A stretch of 63,837 nt of DNA, filler included, from Reticulomyxa filosa (Eukaryota; Protista; Foraminifera): NCBI GenBank assembly GCA_000512085.1. It is 25 parts of 25 records of this genome, joined end to end, with 100 filler letters (N's around TTAATTAATTAA, not from the genome) between each part and the next. Parts side by side here need not be neighbours in the genome. Positions count along the whole stretch, not along the records: positions 25,581 to 28,343 come from ASPP01028030.1; positions 28,444 to 29,810 come from ASPP01034555.1; positions 29,911 to 31,954 come from ASPP01028532.1; positions 32,055 to 33,450 come from ASPP01025072.1; positions 33,551 to 35,838 come from ASPP01020993.1; positions 35,939 to 37,730 come from ASPP01038020.1; positions 37,831 to 39,718 come from ASPP01024335.1; positions 39,819 to 43,699 come from ASPP01010686.1; 17 more parts are not named here. One strand, written 5' to 3'. Both the position numbers and the translations under genes were made by a program. The notes beneath the pieces are model-generated. The model was not told the DNA's origin and made no database searches. It saw only the letters and a program-made list of their open reading frames with translations. Shown here in pieces: positions 27,380 to 40,328 of this stretch; within the stretch, counting starts at the first letter, position 1, and each line of letters starts with the position of its first letter.

Positions 27380-28443
27380 ATAAATGCATTTTTTAAAAAA
27401 AAGAAATGAAATTGAAGTTGTTGTATATTATTTCGTAATATTTGAAAGACTTTTTTTTTTTACTTTTGAAATAGCCTTGACATTATATATTTGATTTCTG
27501 ATATTGTCATAATTATAGTTTTATTTTATTTTATCTATTGCATGCAAAAGGGAGAGTTGTAATTTACGTTAGTATTGTTATAATCAAAACAAAAGAAAAC
27601 AATGAAAAAAATAATATTTGTAACAAATGAGATTATTCAAGGTGAATTTAAAAAAACATTTCATCAAAAGCACAATTGTATTATTGCTCAATTCAATCAG
27701 TCTTTAATTGTGTATTTGTTGAGGGACAATCTCAAATATTTTAATCTGGATAAGTTTTTGTATGATACTTGATAAAAAAAAGATATTAAAAAATAAAATT
27801 ATTTTAACAGATCACAATATCTTCAAAGCGATACGAACATTTAAATAAAAAAGTTTTGAACTTACCAGACTAATATGAAGTTTGGAACAACAGCACAAAA
27901 CTGACAAAGTTAAGAAAAATTACAAGGAACATTGGAAAAAACAATATCACTTCCACAGTCATGTCATGAACAATTGTTGATTAAACAAATGACAATCATC
28001 AATGACATTATTCAGTCACTTCGTAATACTCCTTCTCAAAATACAAGTGCTTATGCTGTTACAGTCAAAAGATGTCCTGAATTAAAATAGTCAAATGCAT
28101 TTCATTCGATATATTATTTTCGATTATTGGTTAATTATACATTATGTTGCAAAGAAAACTGAACGCATAAACGATATCCTATGATGATAATTGATTTTCT
28201 TCATGAAAAATCAACATTTAGACATAATTTTTTTTTATTTTTAAAAAAATATCTACAAATCTTGTAGTTTTTAAATATGAAATTGGTTTTTTAATAACTT
28301 TTTTTTTTGTTGGATGAAATCACCATTCTTTTAAAAATCATTTNNNNNNNNNNNNNNNNNNNNNNNNNNNNNNNNNNNNNNNNNNNNTTAATTAATTAAN
28401 NNNNNNNNNNNNNNNNNNNNNNNNNNNNNNNNNNNNNNNNNNN

Positions 28444-29520
28444 GTTTGGATCGTGCATATGCCGATAGAAGAAGTGAATGCGCCCAATAATGAAAAAAAA
28501 ATAATGAAAATGATACCAAATCACTAGTCAAATCGTCAATTGCAACGTTGGATATACTGGAAAATCCGCTCAAATCATGTCTCTCATTGCAAGAGCGATG
28601 ATATCATCAAGCACAAAGTCCATAAGCTCTAATGGATAAGATATTCCCATTTCAATCCGCTCTTGGCCGCCAAACGACGAAAGCAAGCTTACCAAGAAGA
28701 AAAAAAAGAAAGAAGATAATACGCGCAAAGTAGAAGTGATGCCGACATTGTGGTGGGAGAGAAAAAGTAGAATCAAGTAAGAAAAAAGTGGAAAGCGATG
28801 AAGTTGCTAAAAAATATCCACTCATCACGATCGAGAAAATCACCACATCGGGAGAATCGCTCCATGTGAGAGTGGTTCAATTTAGTGGTGCGAAAGTCCG
28901 TCAACACATAGACAAGCAAGAAGAAAAGATGATTAGTGGGATTTGATGAAGAACATTGAAATAATCGAGCTGGACCTTAAAAAAAAAAGTTTACCAGATT
29001 TGCTGAGTTCGGTTATTGGTCCTTCACGCCGCAAGTGGCGATTTTACGTTTCCAGACATGCATCGAACTGGAATCTATCGGCTCCAACGAACAAAGTTGT
29101 TGTAAAAAAAAAACTATTCGTGTCTAGACTGGTTGTGTACGTGCGCATATCCGCAGATTTTGGTTTCGAATCGTGTGTGCTGCTGATGGAAGGAATGATG
29201 ATCTCACGAATGGCATAAGTATTGATGATCAAAGAAAAGGTAGAGAGATGGCTGTTCGCATTTTCTGACTCCATCACCGTAAGAGTCTCGTGCCTTGCAT
29301 TATTCGGCGAAAGATAATCAGCGCTTGTCCGGCAGTCTTTGGAATCGAATATGGACTACGAATAACGTGTTGAATGCGATAATACTTCGTATTCGTTGAA
29401 TTTTTCCAGTATTTGGAGAAAATGAGCAAAGATCGCCAATTTTTATTTTCTTAGTTGGATTCGAGTCAACGTGAGTTTTAAATCATGAATCGCGTAGTAA
29501 TCAAAAGTCGTTGAACCATG
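28444..29520 (+). mobile_element. Possible highly decayed non-LTR retrotransposon (post-RT region and RNase H-like remnants)
   Basis: Intronless, higher-GC, stop-ridden. SLIARAMISSSTKSI..DIPISIR (cf. lR.itGA..stp..al...Pl..R), FAFSDSITV (cf. IFSDS), LSWIRVNV (cf. WIPSHVG). Confidence 0.3.
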
Positions 29521-30010
29521 GCATTCAATAACGGCAAGGAACGAATACAGCCAATAATGAAGAAGAACACGAATTGTAACTTCCCTCCATCATTGAATCG
29601 CCAAGCCAAATGTTATCGAATTGATACGTATGATGATGGATGCAGAAATTTCAAAAAATGATCATTATCAGACGTATCCCTCATCACAGGGGAGATGATG
29701 ATGGCATTGGAATAGTTGAAAGAAATTGTCTCAGTTCAATCAAGGACAATCTCTATTATTGGTAAGCTTGCTTCGTTCGTAGTCAGGCAGTATCAACATC
29801 CAGAAAGAAANNNNNNNNNNNNNNNNNNNNNNNNNNNNNNNNNNNNNNNNNNNNTTAATTAATTAANNNNNNNNNNNNNNNNNNNNNNNNNNNNNNNNNN
29901 NNNNNNNNNNTCTATGTCTACTCCAGTCGGCCATCAGGTATTTCCGAAAAACACAATCAAAGAAAGATAGCAGGTCTTATTGCTCTCCAAACTTAAAAAT
30001 CAAATACATA

Positions 30011-30410
30011 GACTGAAGAGGAAATCAGAACAAAATTGAAAGAACAACTGGCCAACGAATTGAAAAAAGAATTGGAAAAAACACTTTACAATCAAATTAA
30101 AAATAAAATTGAAGACGAAGTTAGCAAGCGATATGAAGAGAGACTACGCAGGGAGGAGGATGAATTCAAAAATGAAACTTTGCGATTGGAAGATCATATC
30201 AAAGAATTGAAACAGGTTTTTATTCTTTTCATTTTTTATTTTGTAAACAAATAAAAATAAATATTTGAAATAAATAGGATCTAAACAAAGCCGAAGCACA
30301 AAATAAAACATTGAAAGAATCAAAAGTGGAGCTGATCACAGCAACATGTGCTGAAATCAACACGTTGCGTGAAATGATTCGGAAAATGGGAAGCCCTCAT
30401 TACACTCGTG
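30011..30410 (+). CDS. Coiled-coil exons of a hypothetical protein, possibly the same gene as the downstream ankyrin/TPR region
   Basis: Glu/Lys-rich heptad pattern; GT-AG intron near 30215-30278. Confidence 0.5.
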
Positions 30411-30952
30411 TGTAAATATCTTTTCTTTTTTTTTTTTCGTCTTGTGCAAACCTATGCATTGGATTGGCTTGTTCCTATTATCACCTTTTTTTTTGCTGTT
30501 TGTAATTCGTCCAATCCCTTTTGTTCTTGTAATTGTCTTGCCTATTCGTTTGTTTTGTTTGGTTGTTTTTTTGTTGGTGTTATGACGATGGTTTGTGCGT
30601 ACCATCAACTGCACTTCTCTTTTTTGTTGTTTGTAAACACACAACCACAATAATAAAGTTGGTTTGAGGTTTTTTTTGTGTTTTTGTGTTTGGAAAAAAT
30701 ACAATTTAACCTTGCCTGTTCAAAAAAAAAAAAAAATGAAATAAATATAAAATATCATCTTGGTATAAAAAGAAATGATTTGACGAGTCAACATTTCAGC
30801 TAACGTCTCCGACTGCTAAAACAAGATTTAGTGTTTTCCCTTTGTCGTATTAGAATTCAAACAAATCATCCATTTGGAGGTTAACAAAAATCGAATGGCT
30901 GTTGCAATGTTTTGTGCTAATGTTTTTTGTTTTGTCATCCAAAAAAAATAGA

Positions 30953-31954
30953 GTGACAATGAAAACAAAAGCAGACCAACGGGTTCGTCGTCAATGCTGC
31001 ACACAGCAGTAACAAAAAATGAGCCGTTGGAAACAATGAAATTTTTGGTGGAGATAATAACAGACATAAATCAATTAGATAATACAGGAAAAACTGCATT
31101 GGACTACGCAACAAAGGATAGTGAAGTGTACTACTTCTTAAAGCGTGTAGGGTGTCTGTCTTCGCCGCAACTACGATTAATCAATAGCATGAAAACAGAA
31201 ATGGACGAGGAAAAAATAAGAAAGGTGTTGAAAGACTATGAGAATGAAGGAGAAGATCTAGATTTTCTTGATAGACATGGGAACAATTTGTTGCACATGG
31301 CCACAAGCGCGTGTGCAATAAAAGCGCTGATTGAAAGAATAAGAACAAGCCCGAGATACAAAAAAATGTTGAATCAAGTCAATCATGACAAAGAAACACC
31401 ATTAAAATCGGCCATTCAAAATGGAGTGGAAATTAAGAAATCATGCAATATCTGGTGCAAGCCGGTGGCGGTGTGCCTCCTCAGGAGGACTCTGTTGACG
31501 ATTACGCCGCAAGACATTCTTCGTCCGTCTCCATCAATATCGAACAATCATGCAATAATATTCAGGATAATGTGGTCATGAACATAGAAGACAAAGAAGA
31601 AGACGAAGAAGAAGAAAAGAAAGACAATAGTAATCATAACAATAATAATGATAATGATAATAATAATGATAATGATAGTGGTAATGACAATGATAATGAT
31701 AATAATAATAATGGTAATGATAATGATAATGACAATGATGACGAAAAGCAATTTCCAAGAGAAGGAGAAATAAATGCAAATGAGGAAGCAGAGCCTGGGG
31801 AGAATAAATTGGAACTGGGTAAGGTGTATTTTGAAAAAGATGAAATTGACAATGCGATAAAGCACTTGAAAAGCTATTTGAGAGCGGAGGAAAGAAAGGA
31901 AAGAGACGACGAGTTCCACAGACAAAATATTGTCGAATGCTATTATACATTAGG
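30953..31954 (+). CDS. Ankyrin-repeat + Asn/Asp tract + TPR protein, partial, apparent 1-nt frameshift near 31435
   Basis: GSSSMLHTAV, GKTALDYA, GNNLLHMA, ETPLKSAI; then LELGKVYFEKDEIDNAIKHLKSYL (TPR). Confidence 0.75.
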
Positions 31955-32099
31955 NNNNNNNNNNNNNNNNNNNNNNNNNNNNNNNNNNNNNNNNNNNNTT
32001 AATTAATTAANNNNNNNNNNNNNNNNNNNNNNNNNNNNNNNNNNNNNNNNNNNNCCATTATCTCTTTATTGACTTGTCTCATTTGCAAAATTTGAGAAT

Positions 32100-32500
32100 G
32101 ATTTAATTTATTATAACATTTTAGTAATAAGATAAAAATAATTAAATTAATTGTTGACAACTAAAAGATGTATTATTTGAAATGAGTGTAATATTACTAA
32201 ATCCAATATTCACACACAATGATAACTTAATCTTTGATACCAAACAGATTTTATTGCTGCAATGCCCTTGTAGATTGAGTCCTCCAATTTCTACTTTTTT
32301 CATTTCCTTTTGTACAATCTTGTTACTGTCATTAGTTTTATTCAATGTATTTTCTTGTTCTTGTTTATATTCATTATTTCAAACAAAGAGATACAAAATA
32401 TGTATCAATATAATGACTTTGTATTTTTCAATTCATTGATTTTGATTTTTGGTTTTAATTTGTTACATAATCATGTGTGTTATCAATATAAAAAATAATT
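32100..32500 (-). pseudogene. Relic of a Cys-containing repetitive family
   Basis: GLNLQGHCSNKICLVSKIKLSLCVNIGF..SFSC fragment flanked by stops. Confidence 0.35.
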
Positions 32501-33134
32501 CAAGTGGCATTACTGTGCATAATCACCATTTGTCATTATCTATCAAAAAAAAATACAGAGTATTGAAAAATATTTAGAACAATTGTTGTATCTGATAAAA
32601 CTATTCAATTATGAATGTAAACAATAATAATAGTAAAAAAGTGTAACAAGAACGAACATTTTTTTTTAATAACATTAGACTTCAATAAATAATACAAACA
32701 TTGCATTTTTTTGAATTACTGATCATTCATATCTTGTTTCAATAAAAAATGTTGTCTTTGATAATGCAACCTGTTGTCCTTTTTACTTTATCTTATTTTG
32801 AGTGTTCGATACTATACAAAAGATAATAGCAAATAGAATAATTTTAAAAAAGTAGTAATTTGCAATAAAAAACCCCCAACACTTGAAATATCTAGCAATT
32901 TATTTTGATATTTAGATAAAATTTTTATTAATTATGCTTTTGAATTCATTAAACAATATTAAATGCAGCTTTTTCAAATTTTTTTAAACAACAAAGTAAG
33001 ATAAAACACATCCTTCAATGCTTGCATTCAATCAAATCAAATAAGTTTAATATCAACTTACTTTTCTTTTAATCAAACTTTTCAAACCAAAAAATACTTT
33101 CATTTTTTATTCGACAAAACAGTACATTATCCCC

Positions 33135-33450
33135 AAATACGAATGGGACCTTTGAATGAACCATAACATAAATTCAAATAATATAACATTCTTTGTCTTC
33201 TCTTTCTTTTTCAATCCAATAAATTTAAGCACCATATTCCACCGTCTTCTCCTTTGATCATATACAATTCATTCTTATTTGATCGAATATCCCAAAATCG
33301 AATTGTACTATCACTTGATCCAGAACATATCACATTCGAATTATCAATACTATTTTTTATTACAAATGGTGAATATTCAACAACACTCACCCAATTTTGA
33401 TGTCCCTTGAACACTTGAATCTGTTCACCAGATCGAATATCCCACAAACA
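33135..33450 (-). pseudogene. WD40 family 3' fragment
   Basis: LWDIRSGEQIQVFKGHQNWVSVVEYSPF..ICSGSSDSTIRFWDIR; premature stop at 33211 before the final CYGSFKGPIRIWG-type segment. Confidence 0.75.
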
Positions 33451-33738
33451 NNNNNNNNNNNNNNNNNNNNNNNNNNNNNNNNNNNNNNNNNNNNTTAATT
33501 AATTAANNNNNNNNNNNNNNNNNNNNNNNNNNNNNNNNNNNNNNNNNNNNTTTTTAAAATGCAAAAAAAAAAGGGGCTAAAGCAAAGTTCACAGCTGGAA
33601 CACTCAATGGAAAGCAAAATAGTAGTGAACAGTGTGTGATTGACCGACCTTTTCATCTCTTCTTCTCTCTCTTTCTCTTTCTCTCACAACCCAATAAAAA
33701 AACCAAGACAGAGAAAAAAATAAAAATGATAACAATAG

Positions 33739-35838
33739 TGCAAATTGCTGGAAGCAGAGTTGGCACGTGCTCGATCAGAACTCGAGCAATCTCAAATTGA
33801 AGTTGATGTGTTAATTAAACACCACGACTACACAAGTTTCTTGCAAAGACTTGCACATCGTACAACAACAACGACAAGCCCTTCATCCATAGCTACCTCT
33901 ACATCTATGTCTACACCTGCGTCTACATCAACATCAACATCAACATCAACATCAACATCAACATCAACGTCAACGTCAACGTCAATATCCACGTCCATTT
34001 CTTCTACGAGTACTAGCAGCAGTAACAGTGCAAATGCAGGTGCAAGTGCGAGTGTAGGCCCAGTTGCGATGGGCAATGGAAGTGCTATGCACGATGGAAA
34101 TCATGCGATGAATTTGAGCATAACGACCAACAACACGGTCAATGAAATGATAGAACGTGTCTCCACTCCCGGCAGTCCGACCAGTAGCATTGCCATTCAA
34201 AATCTCCCTGCGCCTCGCGTCAAACAGACGGTGACCAGCAGTAAAGACTTGCCACTATTTCAACAACAACAACAAAGGGAAAAGGAATTGAAAGAAAAAA
34301 AGCAGATGGAAGAGGGACACGATACCAAAGATAAGAAAGGAGGTGTCCCAATCATCGCTGCCGCCACCGCCGCCGCCGCTGTCACATCGATAACAACAAA
34401 AGCAACGACAGACAAAAAAAATGCAAAGCAACCATCACGTCCTGCAAATGTACCAAAAGGCAAATCGAGTCATTTGAAAACAGGGACAGAAGAGCACGAC
34501 ATTGACACATTTGAGGCGGGAAGCTTGGATGACGACTTTTTCAATGGTTTGCTTTCATTTTCAACTTGTTTTGTTTTTGTCTACGGTTTTTCTTGACAGC
34601 CATTCAACCAATGCGACTGCATTACAAATACATTTCAAAAGACGGCACAAAGGGGTTTGGAGAAAAAGCGTTGGAAGAAGAGGAGCAAGAAATAGATAGA
34701 GAAGAAGAAGAAGAGAAAGAGAAGGAGATGGACGATAAAAAAACTGAAAAAGATAATAAAATCAAAATGAGACCAATCAAACCAAAGATAGAAGAAGAAG
34801 ATGAAGATGAAGATGACGATGATAATAATCACAATGACAATGACAATGACAATGACAATGACAAACATAAGCAAATCGGCACAGGTGTGAACAAAGAAGT
34901 ACTGCTTGACAAAAATAACAAATCAAAAGTTGAAATCAATCCAAGTGTGGAAATTAGTTCAAAACAACCCAATCGTTTGGACACTGTTCCACAACGTGTG
35001 CCCAATGAAATCATTCCGAACAAGTCGATTGACCAAGTTCTCGTTTTCACTTTGTTTTTTTTTTTGAAAAGTTGATGAGCGTAGTATTATGTATTATTTG
35101 ATGGGGGGGGGGGGAAAAAAGGTGCAAGAGCTGTCCCCTTCGGAAGGTGACATTGGTTTTGATATTGACCCCAATGAGCCATTGGACCAAATAGTGGCCA
35201 ATGACGACTTGAACGACGAAACGATAATCTCTGCAGCGTCCGCCAATGTTGTGGACACACAGCCTCCAAAAGAGCCAAACGCAATGGAGAAGACATCTTC
35301 TGGAGGCTCCGGAGTACTGTTGCAAGAAAGTGGTAGATGAACCGAGTGACGAAAATAACGAGGACAGCGACGATGAGTTTAAGGCTATGCCGGATATGGA
35401 AATCAACGAAGAGACAATTAAAAAAGGACAAAAGCAACAAATAGACCGACGCAGGAAACACAAATTGATGGCTGTCAAGGATTTGTCCGATGAGAGTGTC
35501 AGCGAAGCTCACACGTCTTCCGAAGATGACGAGCCACTTGTTGCAGCCAATTCTTATAGCAAGATCAAACCTTTGTCCAATAAATCCAGTCAAGATAGCG
35601 CCTCATCACCCCAACAACAACAACAACAACAACAACAGCAAAGCCAAGCAAAAATAGAGCCTTTACTACGCAATCAAAACCTGGACGACCTTATCAACGT
35701 ACACGCAAATAACATGAATCAAATCCACGAGAACGAAAAAGCCAATAACACGGAACTTATCAATACACAAATCGCGGCAGATGCACTCACGCAAATGACA
35801 ACAACAGCAGCAACAGCAGCAACAACAGCAACAGCAGC
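33739..35838 (+). CDS. Low-complexity/coiled-coil hypothetical protein, multi-exon, partial
   Basis: Consecutive ORFs linked by short GT-AG introns (~34548-34599, ~35036-35140); (ST)n, poly-Q, (ND)n and acidic tracts. Confidence 0.6.
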
Positions 35839-35938
35839 NNNNNNNNNNNNNNNNNNNNNNNNNNNNNNNNNNNNNNNNNNNNTTAATTAATTAANNNNNN
35901 NNNNNNNNNNNNNNNNNNNNNNNNNNNNNNNNNNNNNN

Positions 35939-36545
35939 TTGATTGATCGATTATCCGATGAACAGGAAGATGAAGATAATCGTAAAAAATGCGCAATTAC
36001 TTGGAGAATTCTTAATAAAATGGAATGATAAACAATTGAATGATGATTTCAATTCTTTAAAAGACATGCTCAATAAAGATGATGATTGTGCGTATCTTTC
36101 CATTCACAAATAAAATAATTTAAAGCATTATCGAATTGTTTCCCAGACAATTTCAGTGTAACTGTCCCAAGTACTTCTCTATGCTTCCAATCTACTTAAA
36201 ATGATTATATTGAATTGTATGCAATATCTATTGGATATCTTTCAACAAAATTAAATAAAAAGCAATTGAATAACGTTTTTGAATGTTTGAATGGATTAAA
36301 AAAGATGAAAATGAATGTACTCGTGCATTATGTAAATAATCACTTGAAACAATTTCAACAAAATTGAATGCTAAATAATTGGATAGAGTTTTCAGTGCTT
36401 TTATTCATAGGCTAAAAGATTTAGATAAATGGGTTCATATATCATGTGCAGAATTACTTGAAGTAATTTCAGAGAAATTGAATGAGAAATAACTGGAAAA
36501 CACAATTAATACTTTGATCGATGGATTGAAAGATAGTGATAGCCA
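35939..36545 (+). pseudogene. HEAT-repeat family relic
   Basis: Repeated LNEKQL..VF..LI.GLKD.D..V..SCAE.L..IS.K pattern with many stops. Confidence 0.65.
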
Positions 36546-36554
36546 TAGAGTGTG

Positions 36555-36800
36555 CTGCACTTGTATTGTAGTGATAATAACAATCCCCCCTCGTGAAGAA
36601 AATGTATCATCAATTGTGAAAGGTTGGTCATATCATTCAATTCAAACGAATGCACAAAATTGTTATTTGAGAAGTCATAATGTTGGATATCGAATTTGTC
36701 TAGGTAATGTAAATTATGAATGGTTTAAAGATTAAGAATACAAGGGCCTTGTGTTCAAAAAAAGAAATTATAATACAATGTTCAAAGAAAACACAATGAA
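36555..36800 (+). repeat. Fragment homologous to 46298-46560
   Basis: Shared ttgtattgtagtgataataa..cctcgtga..tgcacaaaattgttatttgagaagtc..tgtgttcaaaaaaagaaatta. Confidence 0.85.
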
Positions 36801-36898
36801 AAATGGAAATAATGTGTACTATCACCAGTTAAAACTCTCAATCACACAGAATTGATAAAATTCCTTTCAAAGCAATTGAAAGTTAGATTTATAATGAA

Positions 36899-37730
36899 AT
36901 GGCAGTAAAACAAGCTCTTATTGCAAAAGCAAAGATTTATGCCATTCAAAATGGAGCATTTTGTCGTTGTGACGAATCAACCAACCAAGCCTATTTGCAA
37001 TTGTACCTTAATTCAACTGAACAAATCCAATTCCATAAGTTTTATCAATCTAACTTTCCCAAATTTATTCAAAGTGTTAAAGAGATTGATCATAAATGGG
37101 TCCAATTTTATTTTGATTTTCATGTGTTTCATTGTCAAGTGATTCCTTCCTTGTCTTCTCTTTTTTAAACAATAAATCTTTTTTTGTGTAAATTTGTTTA
37201 AATTCCTTGAACATATTTTCTTTGTTTGAACTATTAAATGAAAAAGCATTTCATGTATGTTACAAATCTAAAAGGTGTCAAAAAATTTTAATATTTGACA
37301 GTGGAGAAAAATTAGGACCAATTCTCAGAACATAACTCAAACATACGTGTGAAAAATTAAATTGGTACAATTGACAGCTAAGATTCTTAGTCCCTTCTAA
37401 TCCGTAATCATTGGTAGCGTTGTCTCCCAACTTATCTAAAGTAACAAATAATCCCAGCAGCAATAAGGACATGGTTGCACACAATGAGACAAGACAATGC
37501 TCATATGTTTGGAATTGTTTTTTTCCAGGAACGTCACCACCGTGTCAATTTGACGGTAATTATTCGAGCTCATAAGACACAATTTGATGGATACGAAATG
37601 CAATTTATTAATGAGCAAGCAAGTATCCATCGTGTAATAACAGTATTTTTAGCTCCACATTATTGCGATGTTTATACAAATAAAGCTTGAAATTTCATGA
37701 CGAATTGTTAAATATTCGACCATTTGTTAG
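36899..37730 (+). pseudogene. Hypothetical gene, disrupted
   Basis: Exon-like 36899-37138 ending in a GT donor, then fragmented frames (IVFFQERHHRVNLTVII..FLAPHYCDVY). Confidence 0.4.
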
Positions 37731-39064
37731 NNNNNNNNNNNNNNNNNNNNNNNNNNNNNNNNNNNNNNNNNNNNTTAATTAATTAANNNNNNNNNNNNNN
37801 NNNNNNNNNNNNNNNNNNNNNNNNNNNNNNATCAAAGTATTACATGTCCCAAAGAATCTTTAGTTGAGAATAATTAAGTGAAGAAAGAAAAAATCAGCTT
37901 CAAATGTAAGCAGTCGCTGATCAATATCAATCTTCATTTGGGTCTTTGTTATTGCTGTTTGCAGAATAATCAAAGTTTGAGATTTGATGTTAAGTAATGT
38001 GTGTTAATATATACATATATATATTATTTCTCTTTATCTTTGTTATGCTAATATAAGAAGATAAATCATATTTGATGAATATGAAACAAAATAGAATCAA
38101 AAAGTGAATGAGTCTTTGTTTCTTCTTCTTCTTCAACACAAAATTGATGAGAAACAAGATGCATTCCTCCAAGCACGCGCAGAAAGAGAGAATCAGAATT
38201 TATTGTCAAGCTATTGCGATGGTCCTTTGTTTAGGATTCCATTGGCGCACACACATACACGCATTAATCAATTGCTGCAAAAAGAACTTACGCGTACCAG
38301 TTAGAGATAATATTTCCAAAAAAATTGAAGACATTGTTCAAGAATGTGGAAAAAGTATGTTGGCAGGTGCATGAACTTAAAGAAATGGTTATTACACTTT
38401 GTGTCAAAACATTTCTTTGGCCAACACGTGTGCGCAGGAATTTTAAGTTGAAAGATTACTTCACTGTGCGAGACAGTTCGTGTGTGCTACGTGTGTGTGA
38501 AGGTAGTCAAATTGAATCAACAGACATTTTACGAGATTAAGTGTTGTTGATTAACTTTTAGAAAAAATCTATACAAAAAAAACTTTGTCGAAGTTGAAAA
38601 TGTGTTTTCCTTTTTTTGTCATTTAGTTTACAATTTCATTAGTTCTCCAATTGTTAATTCCTTTTCAAATCTTCTTCTATTTTGGCGAAATAGTGCAAAA
38701 TTCAAAAGGGCTGATGTTTGTAATATTCATCATTTTTAATTTCTCAGTAAACTATTGTCACGCTAATTCAACCCCGGTCTGCAATCTAAAAAAAAAATGA
38801 AGAAAATTGTAATAGATTAAATAAGCAAAATTTCTATAGAGAAATTGATGGGATAACTTAAAAAAATGCATAATCTAATTTTTGCACAGGGACGGTTATC
38901 CAACACTCTACAACTTTTTTTTGGTTCAAAAAGGAAGGGGAGCAAAGAAAAGAAAGTCTCCCTTAACTGGACAGGCGTTATCGTGTTTAAAAATTGTTCG
39001 GCAATATTGAATATAGTGTTTAAAAAACAAACTCCAAGTCAAACTGGACCGAAAATTAGGAGAG

Positions 39065-39718
39065 ATGAAATCTCAAGAGGAAAATTCGTCACAAATTCCA
39101 GACGACCTATGTAGTGTGCGTTCGGACCGAACAGAGGAAAACGTGGCCCAAGTGTCTCAAGAGAGAGTGAAAGAAGAGAAGACCGGCCGTGGTAAGTTCA
39201 AGCCAATGGGTTGGATAATAATACAAAAAAAATCAATTGGAGAGCCAATTGTGCCCAGTTATTCAACGGGGAGACTAATTGACGTTTTCACAAAAGCAGG
39301 CTTTGAAATGGAACTTGTTAGCGCATCCAACGTGGATGTGTATTTAACCGAGTTTTGCAAACCTACGAACAATTGCATTTTAACAAAACAAAATAAAAAA
39401 TAAAATGAAATGAAAATAAAATAAAATAAAAACTAACAAAAAAATAAATAATAATTTAATTATCAAAAAAAAAAAAAAAAGTGATGATCGCAAATCGGTG
39501 TTGGTAGACGGCAAAGTGCGCAGATTACCAACATTTGTGTTAGCACGAACAGGTGCAAAAACTGACTTTTATACTTTGGCAGTGTATCGTCATTTGGAAA
39601 AATTGGATGTCCCTGTCATCAACTCTTCCCAAAGCATTGAAGATGTCAAAGATAAACTTTTTCCTTGCAAATACTTGCACAAAATAATATTGCTGTGCCA
39701 AAGACTATTTTACTTAAA
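39065..39718 (+). CDS. RimK-family ATP-grasp alpha-L-glutamate ligase; exons 39065-39351 and 39482-39718; 3' partial
   Basis: SYSTGRL..DRKSVLVDGKVRRLPTFVLARTGAKTDFYTLAVYRHLEKLDVPVINSSQSIEDVKDKLF; after a homopolymer frameshift LQILAQNNIAVPKTILL. Confidence 0.85.
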
Positions 39719-39818
39719 NNNNNNNNNNNNNNNNNNNNNNNNNNNNNNNNNNNNNNNNNNNNTTAATTAATTAANNNNNNNNNNNNNNNNNNNNNNNNNN
39801 NNNNNNNNNNNNNNNNNN

Positions 39819-39853
<35 letters not shown>

Positions 39854-39989
39854 AACCACCCCCATACACACATACGCACATCAAAGTATACGTATTGCTT
39901 TGTTAAAAGATTGTTATTTGTCCATATTACTGTTTCTTGCGGTTAAAAAAAAAAAAAAAAAAAAAAAGATAAAAGGAAATAATAATACC

Positions 39990-40328
39990 TAGTCTTTGAA
40001 TCCAAAATAAAACGTTGGTACAATAAAAAGTCACTGGCGCAAGCCATGCGATAAACTGCATTAATGGACAATAGCCGGTCCATGTCATGGATACATTGGT
40101 TGCACGGCCTGGACCGAACGCAATAAACCCCTCAAATATGTATATCCACACCGTTATATGATAAAATGCGGCGGTGTAAAATAAAAGGGGAGATATATTG
40201 CTTTTCAGTTTTTGCAACTGGTAGCACACATAAGCACACGTGAAGGACTGTAACGGTAATAACAGTGTTTGGATCACAAAAACTGTTCCCACCAGTGTTG
40301 GTGAATCTTTTTTCGAACATTCGGGCAT
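39990..40328 (-). CDS. Multi-pass membrane protein (possibly 7TM-like), first exon
   Basis: Three hydrophobic helices, Cys at start of the third, ending FWIQRL before a GT donor. Confidence 0.55.
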
